Positions 10,201 through 20,000 of a DNA stretch of 64,000 nucleotides are shown here, one piece after another; within the stretch, counting starts at the first letter, position 1, and each line of letters begins with the position of its first letter. A model generated the notes under the pieces. That model was not told the origin of the DNA. It did no database searches and saw only the letters and a list, made by a program, of their open reading frames with translations. The translations under genes and the position numbers were made by a program. This DNA is from a virus (lineage: Duplodnaviria; Caudoviricetes). The DNA lies in the IMG/VR virus record IMGVR_UViG_3300037524_000424, positions 13,609 through 77,608 of that record; one strand, given 5' to 3'.

Positions 10201-10543
10201 TACTGGGACAATTTTAAGCAACTTAGTAAGCACTTGGAACTCAGCAAACCCAGGTAATACCGTAACACTCCTTTCAGCTAATGGTGGGGATATTCCCCAA
10301 CAAGACATACAGTTATCTGGGGGATTAGATAATACCGGAGCTACCTACCTTCGAGAGTCCGGTTCCTACTATATACAGTTTGACGAAGACCTCTCAATTT
10401 GGGACATCAAAGGTGAAACTTTTACTGGTGACTATGCTGGAGTTGACTTTTCCGTAGCAGGCAATCAAGTGCAGTATTCCTCCAGCAACATAGCTGGCAC
10501 TATCGTCAAATCTGTACTGAATTGGTTTGCAAAGTATTTATAA
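7232..10543 (+). CDS. tail fibre/spike with 7 delta-60-type beta-propeller repeats
   Basis: Seven Q.DGKI.VGG.F..Y.G..GR..L.RLN.DG.LD..F repeats; His-rich trimer repeats in the N-terminal part. Confidence 0.8.
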   Translation: MATRRFYSFTKGIILKPENSDPTDNIEGSVWVRASELKAFLDGNVRTLVSTNQIQTISMKFLDATNVVEYEPTGAPSGLIADNVQGAIVEIEGRIIADEQALADHIGEDEGAHAASAISVVPTGNLAAIEVQAALEELQGDIDNINAETYVNSFNTRTGDVVAETSDYDADQVDYDNTTSLLTATDVQAAIDEVDFDLDTHKGNAAIHFTEGSIDHDNIQNVGTNTHSQIDSHIADTSIHFTSGSISHLDIQDIGLNTHDDIDDHIAATSAHGVTGDVVGTSDTQVLSNKRFSDAITLTEIATPANPAATQYKIYPKNDGKIYKLDSLGNEVEIGGGGGYDLQGSMTVANDEAGEDISGFMLNPIAGEHVKVDYSVTRKHDGSDVTASFDAPVAGVTGNVELEADIAGVGGNSILLVNDYVPPVAASFDAPITGLTGNAELVADVAGSAGNSILLSHNYLAATQASFNAPVAGVTGNVNLQANNAGTVGNSILLTGAFLPPSLDLFYTNAVDGAKFNGAIYSISRQSNGQILVAGNFTNYDGVSGRSYLVRLNSNGSTDTAFCNAAVDGGKFNAVVLIVLAQQNGQILVGGSFTSYNSTFGRNALVRLNSDGSTDTAFCTNAIDISKFASGTSAVLSLTEQANNQILVGGQFTSYGGFTGRNMLIRLNSDGNLDTLFCNNAVDGAKFGNPCRSMVEQLDGKIIVGGTIPNYGGTTGRNNLIRLNSNGTLDTAFCNNATDSNKFASTVNKCSLQTDGSIIVAGVFSDYAGTSGRSRLVRLDSNGNLDTIFCNNATDGNKFNNILYGNVIQSDGKILIGGYFTDYAGTTGRSRLIRLNTDGTLDTAFCNNASDGTKISDFILDIIVQPDNKILVGGDFLNYNGTTGRNRLLRLSPTGTVNENILKTLTTLVSEWNAANPGNQVTLLSGNGANQPNDGAPMQLAGGTNSSGSTLNTLATNWNSANPGNTVTILSANGGQVPQQNIQLTGGLDATGTILSNLVSTWNSANPGNTVTLLSANGGDIPQQDIQLSGGLDNTGATYLRESGSYYIQFDEDLSIWDIKGETFTGDYAGVDFSVAGNQVQYSSSNIAGTIVKSVLNWFAKYL

Positions 10544-10559
10544 TTAAAAGGAATTTATT

Positions 10560-10946
10560 ATGGCACTTATAAAAGAGAAATGGCTTGACCCAACAGTAAG
10601 AGCAAAGTTGTCGTCGGATATAGCGGGTACCTTTACTATCGCTAACAATCAGACTTCAGCTGCCAACGTAACTGGACTTTTAGTCGACGAAGTGACTGGA
10701 CGTAGCGTTAAAATTGAGTATTCCATTATCCGACATCATACGGACTATAAGCACGAGATTGGGACTTTCTTTTTGTATTATAATCCTGTTTCTTCGTCTT
10801 GGAATCTAGTAGCCGAGACTTTTGGTGGGCTAGAAGCAGGAGTGACGTTTAGCATCACAGCCGGAGGACAAGTTCAGTATATTAGCAGCAATTTAGCAGG
10901 AACTTTAGTGACATCGACTTTAAAATATCTAGGGAAGTATCTCTAG
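10560..10946 (+). CDS. virion structural protein (paralogous tail domain)
   Basis: Same domain as the C-terminus of the preceding fibre. Confidence 0.65.
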   Translation: MALIKEKWLDPTVRAKLSSDIAGTFTIANNQTSAANVTGLLVDEVTGRSVKIEYSIIRHHTDYKHEIGTFFLYYNPVSSSWNLVAETFGGLEAGVTFSITAGGQVQYISSNLAGTLVTSTLKYLGKYL

Positions 10947-10956
10947 CATCAAGTAT
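10947..10956 (+). promoter_or_regulatory. CATCAAGTAT motif
   Basis: Exact copy immediately after TAG stop. Confidence 0.7.
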
Positions 10957-10990
10957 AATTATAATATCCTGGAAGTGAAAGGAGAGAAAA

Positions 10991-13123
10991 ATGAGTAGTG
11001 AAAAAGGCTTTAACATCAAGAAATCGTTGGGGTTTAATGCATTAGCAACTCCCCCAGCAAATCCATCAACAGGTGAAATCTACCTTTCAACAGATGGAAA
11101 TTTATACCAATTTTCCAGCGGAGCCTGGCGTAAACTAGCCGGAGGTGCTACTGCTTTCGACGTAGCCCAAACTGCTCACGCTTTCCCAGTCCTCACTGCC
11201 ATCTACCACAACGGAACGACTTGGGTAGCCGCCAGAGCAGACGACCAAGATACGCTATCCACTCATATCGTAGTCGAAGTCATTGACGCTAATAATTTCG
11301 TAGCCGCAAACTTTGGGAAATATACCGTACCACTCCACGGCAAAACAGTAGGACAATACTACTTTTTAAGTGCTGTAACTGCCGGAGCATCATCTACCGC
11401 CGAACCAGCATCTCCTGACTTCAGTTGTCCTTTATATTACGTCCAGGATGCTGACACTATTCATGCTTTGGTTTATCGTCCGAGTAAGGTGGATGCAGAT
11501 GGATATTTGGGAGCGAATAAGTATGATACAGTTACTACTGCTGGACAAATATATTTTGACTTAGGATTTTGGGTAAACTTAGATGCTAAAAACAGCTTTG
11601 ACTTTTATTATGACGGTGTGCTGTTGAAAGAAGGCGTTGGTTTCGACTATACGTTGACGAATGTAGTGAATAACCACAGCAACCAAGTGACGTTGGCAGT
11701 AGCGGCGACAGTAGGCAAGAACGTGCAGGCGGTATATCGTGGGATTTATGAACAGATAGATTCTATGCCGAATCCAATGACGAGTGTAGGCGATTTAATC
11801 CGCGGCGGCACATCCGGCACTCCGACTCGGTTGGGCATTGGCGCACTCGGCAGTTTGCTTAGAAGTAATGGTACAAATCCAGCTTGGGACAGTTCAATTT
11901 ATGTAGCGGCGGATGGGAAAGTTGGGATTGGGACGAGTAGTCCATTATCAAAAACCAATATTGCGGATAACAGCTCTAATTTACCTCTTATGATTAAAGG
12001 CGGTAGTGCTGGAATAGCTAATGATGGTGGAGGGATTGCTTTTTCAACAAACAATGGCAGCACCATTACATCAGCTTCACAAGCAGCTAGTGCAATTAGA
12101 AGCCTAAACTCTTACGGTAGCGAGACTAATGGAGAAGAGGCTTCGTTGGCATTTTATACAAATAAACGTACTGGAACAAATACTTATACTGGATTAGTAG
12201 AACGTATGCGCATAGATTCGAGCGGGAATGTGGGGATAAGTGCAACAAGTCCTAGTACATTTAATCCAAATTCGACTCTAAACAGAACCCTGACAATGCA
12301 ATATTCCGATCAAGCCATTACATTGAGATCTTATTATGAGCCAGCTGTAAATCAATTTTCATTAATTAGATCTTCCAATGGAGCAAATACTGGAATTTCA
12401 GAACTCCAGTATGAAGCATTTATTCATAAATTTCTTTCTGGAACAGGAACATCTGGAACTGAACGTATGCGCATAGATTCGAGCGGGAATGTGTTGGTGG
12501 GACAAGCAAACCTATCTCCTATTACAGTAAGAGTCAATGGTTGGGCGATTAAACCCGGAGGGTCTACGGAAATAAGGGGAGCTGGCGATGTTCTATCTTT
12601 AGGATGTGCAACAACATCAGCAACAAACATACGATTTTACACTGACAACGGAAGTGCCTATGTAACAGGTGGGAACATTTCTACCAACGGTATAACTACG
12701 TCATATAACGCCACTTCAGATTATCGTGCAAAAGAAAATATATCACCGTTAAATAGCGTGTTATCCGACATTATGCAATTAAACCCAGTAGAATTTGACT
12801 GGAAGGTAGAATTTGCCGGAACTATTCCGCATACTACAGGATTTATTGCCCATGAATTACAAGCAATATATCCAAAATGTGTTACTGGAGAAAAAGACGC
12901 AGTTAAGGATGATGGTACGCCATTGTATCAGTCCATCGACGTTGGGAAGCTAATGCCAGAAGTAGTGAAAGCAATCCAAGAACTGAACGCAAAGCTAGAC
13001 GCTAAATCCGCACTGGTCGAATCGCTGCAAACTGAGTTGAGTGACAAATCATCGCAAATTGAATCGCTGCAAACTGACATGGCTACTTTGGTAATGAGAT
13101 TGGAAGCGTTGGAGCAAGCGTAA
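10991..13123 (+). CDS. tail fibre with C-terminal intramolecular chaperone (peptidase S74-like)
   Basis: TSDYRAKENI...LNPVEFDWK...GFIAHEL plus terminal coiled coil; ERMRIDSSGNV fibre repeats. Confidence 0.85.
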   Translation: MSSEKGFNIKKSLGFNALATPPANPSTGEIYLSTDGNLYQFSSGAWRKLAGGATAFDVAQTAHAFPVLTAIYHNGTTWVAARADDQDTLSTHIVVEVIDANNFVAANFGKYTVPLHGKTVGQYYFLSAVTAGASSTAEPASPDFSCPLYYVQDADTIHALVYRPSKVDADGYLGANKYDTVTTAGQIYFDLGFWVNLDAKNSFDFYYDGVLLKEGVGFDYTLTNVVNNHSNQVTLAVAATVGKNVQAVYRGIYEQIDSMPNPMTSVGDLIRGGTSGTPTRLGIGALGSLLRSNGTNPAWDSSIYVAADGKVGIGTSSPLSKTNIADNSSNLPLMIKGGSAGIANDGGGIAFSTNNGSTITSASQAASAIRSLNSYGSETNGEEASLAFYTNKRTGTNTYTGLVERMRIDSSGNVGISATSPSTFNPNSTLNRTLTMQYSDQAITLRSYYEPAVNQFSLIRSSNGANTGISELQYEAFIHKFLSGTGTSGTERMRIDSSGNVLVGQANLSPITVRVNGWAIKPGGSTEIRGAGDVLSLGCATTSATNIRFYTDNGSAYVTGGNISTNGITTSYNATSDYRAKENISPLNSVLSDIMQLNPVEFDWKVEFAGTIPHTTGFIAHELQAIYPKCVTGEKDAVKDDGTPLYQSIDVGKLMPEVVKAIQELNAKLDAKSALVESLQTELSDKSSQIESLQTDMATLVMRLEALEQA
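12200..12493 (+). repeat. 33-bp perfect direct repeat inside tail fibre gene
   Basis: GAACGTATGCGCATAGATTCGAGCGGGAATGTG at 12200-12232 and 12461-12493. Confidence 0.9.
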
Positions 13124-13311
13124 AATATGCTGTAAACCGAGTCAATGCCCAGCGGTGAATGTCCTGTTGAGGAATATGCCGACGGAATCTGGGCTTTCAG
13201 TACCTCATGGGGTATAAAAGCGGTAGGTTTGAGGCAGATTATACCTTAGGGGGTATAGTATGATTAACTGGTGAAAAACGTGCAGTTTGTGTTAAATAAT
13301 AGGAGGTCACG

Positions 13312-13710
13312 ATGAAACTAACAGTCCAGGACATCCTCACTTCAGGAGGCAAATATCCAGACCGTGCCAAGTCTCCCGAACTCACTGCCGAGCTAGAGTT
13401 TAACGCCCAAATGCTATGCGACCGCCTCAATATGCTGTTTGAAGAACTAGGGATAACATCCTGGAAGATTTCTTCAGGATTTCGTCCTCTAGCCGTCAAT
13501 AAGAAAATCGGTGGAGCAACTAAGTCCGCTCATACCCAATGTCAAGCAGTCGATTTCGTAGGTCAAGACATCGGCAAAAAAGTGGCAGCACGACCTGAAT
13601 TGCTGAAAAAATATGGATTGTGGCTGGAAGATTTGAGTGCTAGTCCGACATGGACCCATTTGGATATAAAGCCTAGAAGACCTAGAGAAATACAGATATT
13701 TAAGCCGTAA
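13312..13710 (+). CDS. peptidase M15A-like (candidate endolysin)
   Basis: SGFR...VNKKIGGATKSAH...AVDF...WTHLD zinc-peptidase motifs. Confidence 0.8.
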   Translation: MKLTVQDILTSGGKYPDRAKSPELTAELEFNAQMLCDRLNMLFEELGITSWKISSGFRPLAVNKKIGGATKSAHTQCQAVDFVGQDIGKKVAARPELLKKYGLWLEDLSASPTWTHLDIKPRRPREIQIFKP

Positions 13711-13720
13711 CATCAAGTAT
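13711..13720 (+). promoter_or_regulatory. CATCAAGTAT motif
   Basis: Exact copy immediately after TAA stop. Confidence 0.7.
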
Positions 13721-13747
13721 TAATATACCATTTATCCTGGGGGTAGT

Positions 13748-14458
13748 GTGGAAAATACAAACAAATTTTATTTGAATCGGTATGTCAGCCAAGGTGGCAT
13801 ATTGATTCGGGAATTTAGAGGAGTCGACTATGACTTCTTCACATCGAGAGATGACGACAAACTGCGCCTAACTGCTGAAGAATGTGGAGTTGCTAACTCT
13901 ATAGTCGTCAGAGGTCGGGTACAAGGCGGAGTTAATTGGTCGAATTTAAAGACTTTAACTGGAGCCGGTTCCATTCTCGTCAACGTCAGCACTTATGATG
14001 AAGTCCAAATCGAAGTGACTAACTTAGACGCACCAAGCGGGAGGTTTAAGCTCATAGCTTCGGGTTTTAGTATAGCTGGGGGGGACCTTCAAGTTTCCGC
14101 ACCCTTCGGCGTTACCTCAGAGGGAACTACTGAATTAACCTTCACCTCAAACGACAGCACCGTAGTCATTACGACCGACGAGGATGGAGGAGTCGACTTT
14201 AGCGTAACCGCGACTAGCGGGGCAAACTTCAAGCCTGAACAAGTCAGGACTTTAGACGCAGGAGACATTAGCACAAAAGCTATAATCCTGAATAGCATCC
14301 CAGCAAATGCCGCTATAACCCAGTTGTTTGTGGCTGGTGCCCCTATGCAAGTCTATGGTCAGGATTTTACTGTAACAGACGATGTATTAAGTTGGGATAG
14401 TTTAGGACTCGATGGTGAGTTACAAGTAGGCGATAAATTAGTAATAATGTATAATTAA
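13748..14458 (+). CDS. virion structural protein
   Basis: GTG start; C-terminal domain (GAP.Q...D...GD.L...Y) shared with the next gene. Confidence 0.65.
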   Translation: MENTNKFYLNRYVSQGGILIREFRGVDYDFFTSRDDDKLRLTAEECGVANSIVVRGRVQGGVNWSNLKTLTGAGSILVNVSTYDEVQIEVTNLDAPSGRFKLIASGFSIAGGDLQVSAPFGVTSEGTTELTFTSNDSTVVITTDEDGGVDFSVTATSGANFKPEQVRTLDAGDISTKAIILNSIPANAAITQLFVAGAPMQVYGQDFTVTDDVLSWDSLGLDGELQVGDKLVIMYN

Positions 14459-14475
14459 CAAAACAGGAGAAAGTC

Positions 14476-15711
14476 ATGTCAAAGCAAAATGGTAAGTGGT
14501 TGGTCGATGGGTCGGTTGTACTCGACAAATTAAGCGCACTAGTACAAGCTGAAATTAACGATGTAGTGAATAAACTCGATGCGTCAGAAGTAGGCGTTAG
14601 TGTGGCTTCGTTAGTAGCCGGTAAAGTTCCAGTAGCACAACTTCCTAATGCTATTATGGAATACCAAGGTACTTGGAATGCTTCTACTAATAGTCCAACT
14701 TTAGCTAATGGTGCCGGTAACGCTGACGAAGCAATCGGTAACGTATACCGTGTAAGCGCAGCTGGCAGCGTAGACTTTGGTGCTGGTGCTATCAGTTTTG
14801 AAGTAGGAGACTATGTTATCCTAAACTCTTCTAAAGTATTTGAAAAAGCTGATATGTCTGATGGAGTAGTTAGTGTTAATAGTCAAACTGGGGTAGTGGT
14901 TTTAGATGCTGATGATATTGACGATTCTGCTACCACCAATAAATTTGCTACCCAAGCACAATTAGATAAAGTTGACTTTTTGACTGTAACGGGTGCAGTA
15001 GACTTAGATCAGTTAGCCGCAGATTCTCACACTCACTCAAACAAAGCAATCTTAGATGCTACCACAGCATCATTTCTTGAATCACATGAAGATAAGTTGG
15101 ATTTCATTACTGTTACCCAAGCAGTAGATTTGGACGACATGGAGTCAGACATTGCAGATAATGCTTCTGCTATCTCTAATCACTTATCAGATGCTTCCGA
15201 TGCTCACGATGCTTCTGCTATCTCTTATGTTAATACAACTTCAGGACTAACTGCTACTGACGCTCAAGCCGCTATTGACGAAGTTGAAGGTCGTTTGGAT
15301 ACTGCTGAATCCAGTCTTTCTGGACACTTAAACGGTGGAGCCAATAAACACGACGCTTCTGAAATTGACGTAGAAGGAGCCAGCTATAACTACGTTTCTG
15401 CTGGAGACTTAGAGTCTGCTATCGAAGACTTGGATGCTCAAGTTAAGGTAAATGCTGATGCCATTGCTGCCATCACTGACCCGACTTGGGTAGTTCAAGA
15501 GTTTGTATTGGTGTCTCAGGATATTACAAATGAATATGTCACACTATCTAATGCTCCAATTGCCGCTTCTGTTTTAGTATATCCAGATGGCGCACCACTC
15601 CAACGAGCTTCTGTGGATTATAGTATTGTTGGAACACAGCTTAATTTTCTCGGAGATTTACTAGCCCTACTAGAAGCTGGTGACGTACTTATTGTTAAAT
15701 ATCAGTATTAA
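14476..15711 (+). CDS. virion fibre/decoration-like structural protein
   Basis: HDASAISY and LTATDAQAAIDEV repeats resemble those of 7232..10543. Confidence 0.7.
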   Translation: MSKQNGKWLVDGSVVLDKLSALVQAEINDVVNKLDASEVGVSVASLVAGKVPVAQLPNAIMEYQGTWNASTNSPTLANGAGNADEAIGNVYRVSAAGSVDFGAGAISFEVGDYVILNSSKVFEKADMSDGVVSVNSQTGVVVLDADDIDDSATTNKFATQAQLDKVDFLTVTGAVDLDQLAADSHTHSNKAILDATTASFLESHEDKLDFITVTQAVDLDDMESDIADNASAISNHLSDASDAHDASAISYVNTTSGLTATDAQAAIDEVEGRLDTAESSLSGHLNGGANKHDASEIDVEGASYNYVSAGDLESAIEDLDAQVKVNADAIAAITDPTWVVQEFVLVSQDITNEYVTLSNAPIAASVLVYPDGAPLQRASVDYSIVGTQLNFLGDLLALLEAGDVLIVKYQY

Positions 15712-15742
15712 TGCTAATGCCCCAGCTTAAACTCTGGGGCAC

Positions 15743-15752
15743 CATCAAGTAT
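15743..15752 (+). promoter_or_regulatory. CATCAAGTAT motif
   Basis: Exact copy after the GCCCCAG/CTGGGGC hairpin (15719-15740). Confidence 0.7.
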
Positions 15753-15780
15753 ACTATATAATCCAAATTGGAGAAATCAC

Positions 15781-16104
15781 ATGAAAGAAAAGTTTAAAGA
15801 GTTACTCCTGAAGAAAAAAGCTGAAGGAAAGACTTTAAATCCTGAGCAAGCCGAAATGAAGATGAAACTCCTGGAAGAGTTGATGGGTATTGCTGAAGAA
15901 GGTATGGGAGAAAAACTGAAAGGGATGCAGAAAGTAACTGTAGCCGCCCCCAATAAAGAAGGTCTTGAAAAAGGACTTGAAAAAGCTCAGGAAGTAATCG
16001 AAGGTTCTGAGGAAATGGAAGAAGAGAGCGAAGACGAAGAGTCTCCTGAAGCTAAAATCGCTGCTCTTGAAGCTAAGTTGGCGGAATTAAAAGCTAATAA
16101 ATAA
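15781..16104 (+). CDS. hypothetical charged protein
   Basis: E/K-rich ORF with SD GGAG. Confidence 0.65.
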   Translation: MKEKFKELLLKKKAEGKTLNPEQAEMKMKLLEELMGIAEEGMGEKLKGMQKVTVAAPNKEGLEKGLEKAQEVIEGSEEMEEESEDEESPEAKIAALEAKLAELKANK

Positions 16105-16115
16105 TCGAGGCGGTC

Positions 16116-17084
16116 ATGGCTAACAAGACCTATATGACCTCATCGGACTTGCTGTCTAGCGTCAAAAGAAGAGGAAACATCCCAGATACTCAGGATATGA
16201 TCACCGATGATGAAATCCTGGAGTTTGCCAACGAAGAGATGTTACTTAACCTCATCCCACTTATCTATAGCAAGCATGAGGGATACTATCTAAGAAGCAC
16301 GGAGATACCCCTAGAAAGCGGCGTAACCCGCTACCCTATACCTTATCGAGGGATTGGGGCTAAAGTGCGTGAAATCCACTATAAAAGCGTTGCAGGAGAG
16401 GTCTCTGAGATGTTCGGCATTTCAGTAGATGACCTTGGTTCTGGTGTATCATCTGGTAATGAATCCGATTCAGTATTCAACTATCACTTTGAAGGCGAAG
16501 AGATAGTCCTATTTACCAATAAAAATGCAAACTTAACCGGCTATTTAGTCGTTTTCTACTTCTTACGACCCAATGCGTTAGTTAAGTCAGAAAGAGTAGG
16601 GATAATCCAGAACATAATTAACGACGTTACTCCTGGCTATAAACAAATCTACTTGACTTCATTCCCTGATGCTTTCTTAAACGGTGGCGAAATTGACTTT
16701 ATTAAGACTAAGTCGCCTCACCGGGTAGTCGACTATGACATTCCCCTATTTAGCATAAATTCCAACAATAAGTATATAGTAGTTGCAGAATCAAATATCC
16801 CCTCGTCTATCGGTATAGGAGATAGAGTAGCACTAGCCGGAGAAACCGACATAGTGAACGCTCCTAGTGATATGCACGTTCTTTTAGCCCAATATACAGT
16901 AGAAAGAGTATTAGAGGCGATTGGAGATAGCGAGGGGCTTAGAAATGCTTCTGCCAAGTCTGCTAAGATGGAACAAAACGCTAACACTATACTTGCCAAT
17001 CGTAACATTGGTAGTCCAACAAAAGTCAGAGTTCGTAACGGAACCATAGGAAATGCTTCAAGACGTAATCGCTGGAGGAGTTAA
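16116..17084 (+). CDS. head-tail adaptor / tail tubular protein A-like
   Basis: SDLLSSVKRRGNIP...EILEFANEEM N-terminus typical of adaptors; precedes the tail-tube gene. Confidence 0.65.
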   Translation: MANKTYMTSSDLLSSVKRRGNIPDTQDMITDDEILEFANEEMLLNLIPLIYSKHEGYYLRSTEIPLESGVTRYPIPYRGIGAKVREIHYKSVAGEVSEMFGISVDDLGSGVSSGNESDSVFNYHFEGEEIVLFTNKNANLTGYLVVFYFLRPNALVKSERVGIIQNIINDVTPGYKQIYLTSFPDAFLNGGEIDFIKTKSPHRVVDYDIPLFSINSNNKYIVVAESNIPSSIGIGDRVALAGETDIVNAPSDMHVLLAQYTVERVLEAIGDSEGLRNASAKSAKMEQNANTILANRNIGSPTKVRVRNGTIGNASRRNRWRS

Positions 17085-20000
17085 TGGCACAGAAATATGT
17101 AAACCGTGCTGCGGGACTCCACACCTTCAAGAATGAGCTGACCTCTCCTGACGGCGCACAAATCATAGCCGACAACGTAGTCATTGACCGAGATAACACC
17201 ATTGAATCCAGAAGAGGATTTAAGCAGTTTTTACCTTTTGGACTGCAAGATGATCGGGCTAAACAACTTCTTCAGTATAAAGACCGTCTTATTACCCACT
17301 ATGACGACCGATTGATATTTGAAAATCCTGGATTTGGTTTTGATGCTTTTAGTGGCAGCTATACCGAAACCGAGGCAGGACTTAGAATTAAGTCTGTCGA
17401 GGCGAACGGTAACTTATATGTTACAACTAGCGACGGAATTAAGAAGATAGCGGCTAGGACGGGTAACGACCTTAGCAGCCTTCCTGGATTTATTATCGAC
17501 GCTGGTGCCTATCGAGGCATCGACTTTACTGCTTTACCCAACTATAGCGAAAACGGTTTCTTTACACCAAATTCTAACGTCGCTTATCGTATCGTTTGGG
17601 GCTATAACGACATCAATGACAACTTGGTATTGGGGTATCCTAGCGAGATAGTTTCTACCCAGAATGTTGATTTGAAAGAATCTTGCGTGGTAGATTTGAA
17701 GATAAGTATTCCGTCGCAGATCATAAGCAGTGGCAATGCTCAGAACTACTTCTATCAAGTTTACAGGTCTAACATAAAAACTCCTTATGATGCCGGAATT
17801 GATGTCGAGTTTAGATTAGTAGACGAAAACTTTCTAACTCAGGATAACTTAGATGATGGATTTGTCGACTATACAGACAACACCCCTGGAACATTCAGAG
17901 ATGCTGGTCCTAACCTCTATACCAACGAAATCTCTGGTGAAGGAAACGCCCAAGCAAACGCACAACCTCCGTTCGCTAAGGATGTTTGTTTATTTCGGGG
18001 GTCAGTCTTTTATGCCAACACTAAGACTCGACATACTCAAACTACTAATTTAATTGCTCCAGATAATTTTATAAGCGGACAAACTAAGTTTTATATAGCA
18101 TCAGAAAATCAAGTTGAGGAATATACTTTTCGTGGGGTACAACAAGTTTCTACCATAAACTTTACTGGATATAGTCCTTTACCTAATCCAGACTATGTTA
18201 ATAATTTAGACGGAAAATACTTCCTCTTAAATGTCGCTAATAATATCCGAAAATACTTCGTATGGTTTGATAACGTCGGCTCTAATGAAAAGCACGAACT
18301 AGACTTTGGGGTATCAGTTCCTACCGAAGGGTCGTTTACACTAACTATATTAGGTAATACTACCAGAGCAATCCCGTATACTGTTACTGCTTCTGAATTA
18401 AAAGACTTTATTGAAGAACTTCCTAACGTCGACTATGTTGATGTTACAGGGTCGATAGATCCAGATTTAAGTTTCACAATCGAGTATGGTGGGTCACTAG
18501 CGCAAACCTCGGTTCCATTGGTTTATCCTGTTAGTAATTTATTAGTCGGTGCTGCACCATTAACTATTACTGCATCTGTTGCTACTGCGGCAAGTGACGT
18601 TACACCCTCAACATCGGAAACCGTAGGAAGACTTCCAATTAGAATAGATATAAAAGGATTTACTACTAAAACAGAAGTCATTAATAAGATTAATTCGGTA
18701 TTTTTGGAACCCCAATATGCAATCGATTTTAATCTAGGAGTTGCTGGGGATATTATTACAATTACCAATGAAGAAGCGGGTTCTGCCGATGTAATAAAAA
18801 ACTCAGGACCTATATCTATTACAATACCAGATGCTCAACCTTTACCTAACACTATAGTTTTTGCTACTCCGACACCAGGACTTGGTGAAGATACTTCTGG
18901 ATTTTTTCTTTTATCAAAAGACCCATCATCTGGCGTTCGGCTAGAACAAACCACTAAAAGTATGGTTAGGATTATTAACTCCAATCTAACCAGTAAGGTA
19001 AACGCTTTTTATACATCAATCGGAACTGATCTTCCTGGACAAATATCTTTACAAGCAAAAACTACCGAAGATAGTCCATTCTATCTAGCAGCCAATGAAT
19101 TTGGGGACGACTATAATCCTTCCTTAGTTACGACTGTAACTCCTCTCGCCAGCACTACTGACTTTGACGACAAAACTCTAACTGTTACCTGGACAGGACA
19201 CGGAATGACTGTTGGTACAAAGGTAGTATTATTTAATCCAGCAGGAGGACTAGTAGCTGAACCAATCAACGGAGTATATAGTATAAGTGCTGTAAATAGT
19301 GCAAATGAATTTGTAGTGGCATTTCCTGCCGTTATAGCCGACGCTACAGGGACTTTAACTGGATTTAAAACTACCAAAGCATCTTCTAACGAAGAAAAAC
19401 CAAACCGAGTCTATTTCAGCAAGACCGACATTCCTGAGGCAGTCCCTCTATTGAACTTCTTTGACGTAGGGTCTAAGGACTCTGAGATTAAACGAATCAT
19501 CCCGCTCAGAGACTCGCTATTCGTCCTAAAAACCGAAGGGATTTATCGTCTGTCAGGAAGCAATCCTGCAAACTTTAGCGTTTCTTTATTTGACTCCTCC
19601 AGCCCGATATTGGCACCAGATAGTGCTGCCGTTTTGAACAACCAGATTTACATCCTATCCACTCAAGGGATAGTTGCCATTGGTGATGGTGGTGTAGATA
19701 TTATGTCCAGAAATATTGAAAGTGACATCATTCAACCAACCTCGAACAACTTTCCCGACTTTTCCACTCAATCGTTTGGGATAGCGTCTGAAACCGACCG
19801 AGCGTATATCATCTTTTTACCCACCAAGACAGACGATGAAGTGGCTACCCAGGCATTTCGGTTTAACATCTTTACCCGAGCGTGGACTCGATGGGTAATG
19901 TCCAAAACTTGCGGCATAGTCAAGAAGTCAGACGACCGAATCTACTTTGGGGCAGCAGACATAAATTATATCGAGCAAGAAAGAAAAGAGTTTTTAAGGA

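Noticed and set aside
10991-13123. Diversity-generating retroelement acting on the tail fibre
   Set aside because: No reverse transcriptase and no TR/VR pair differing at adenines; the repeats are identical
15719-15740. Intrinsic terminator after 14476..15711
   Set aside because: Good GC stem but no U-tract on the coding strand; kept only as a hairpin
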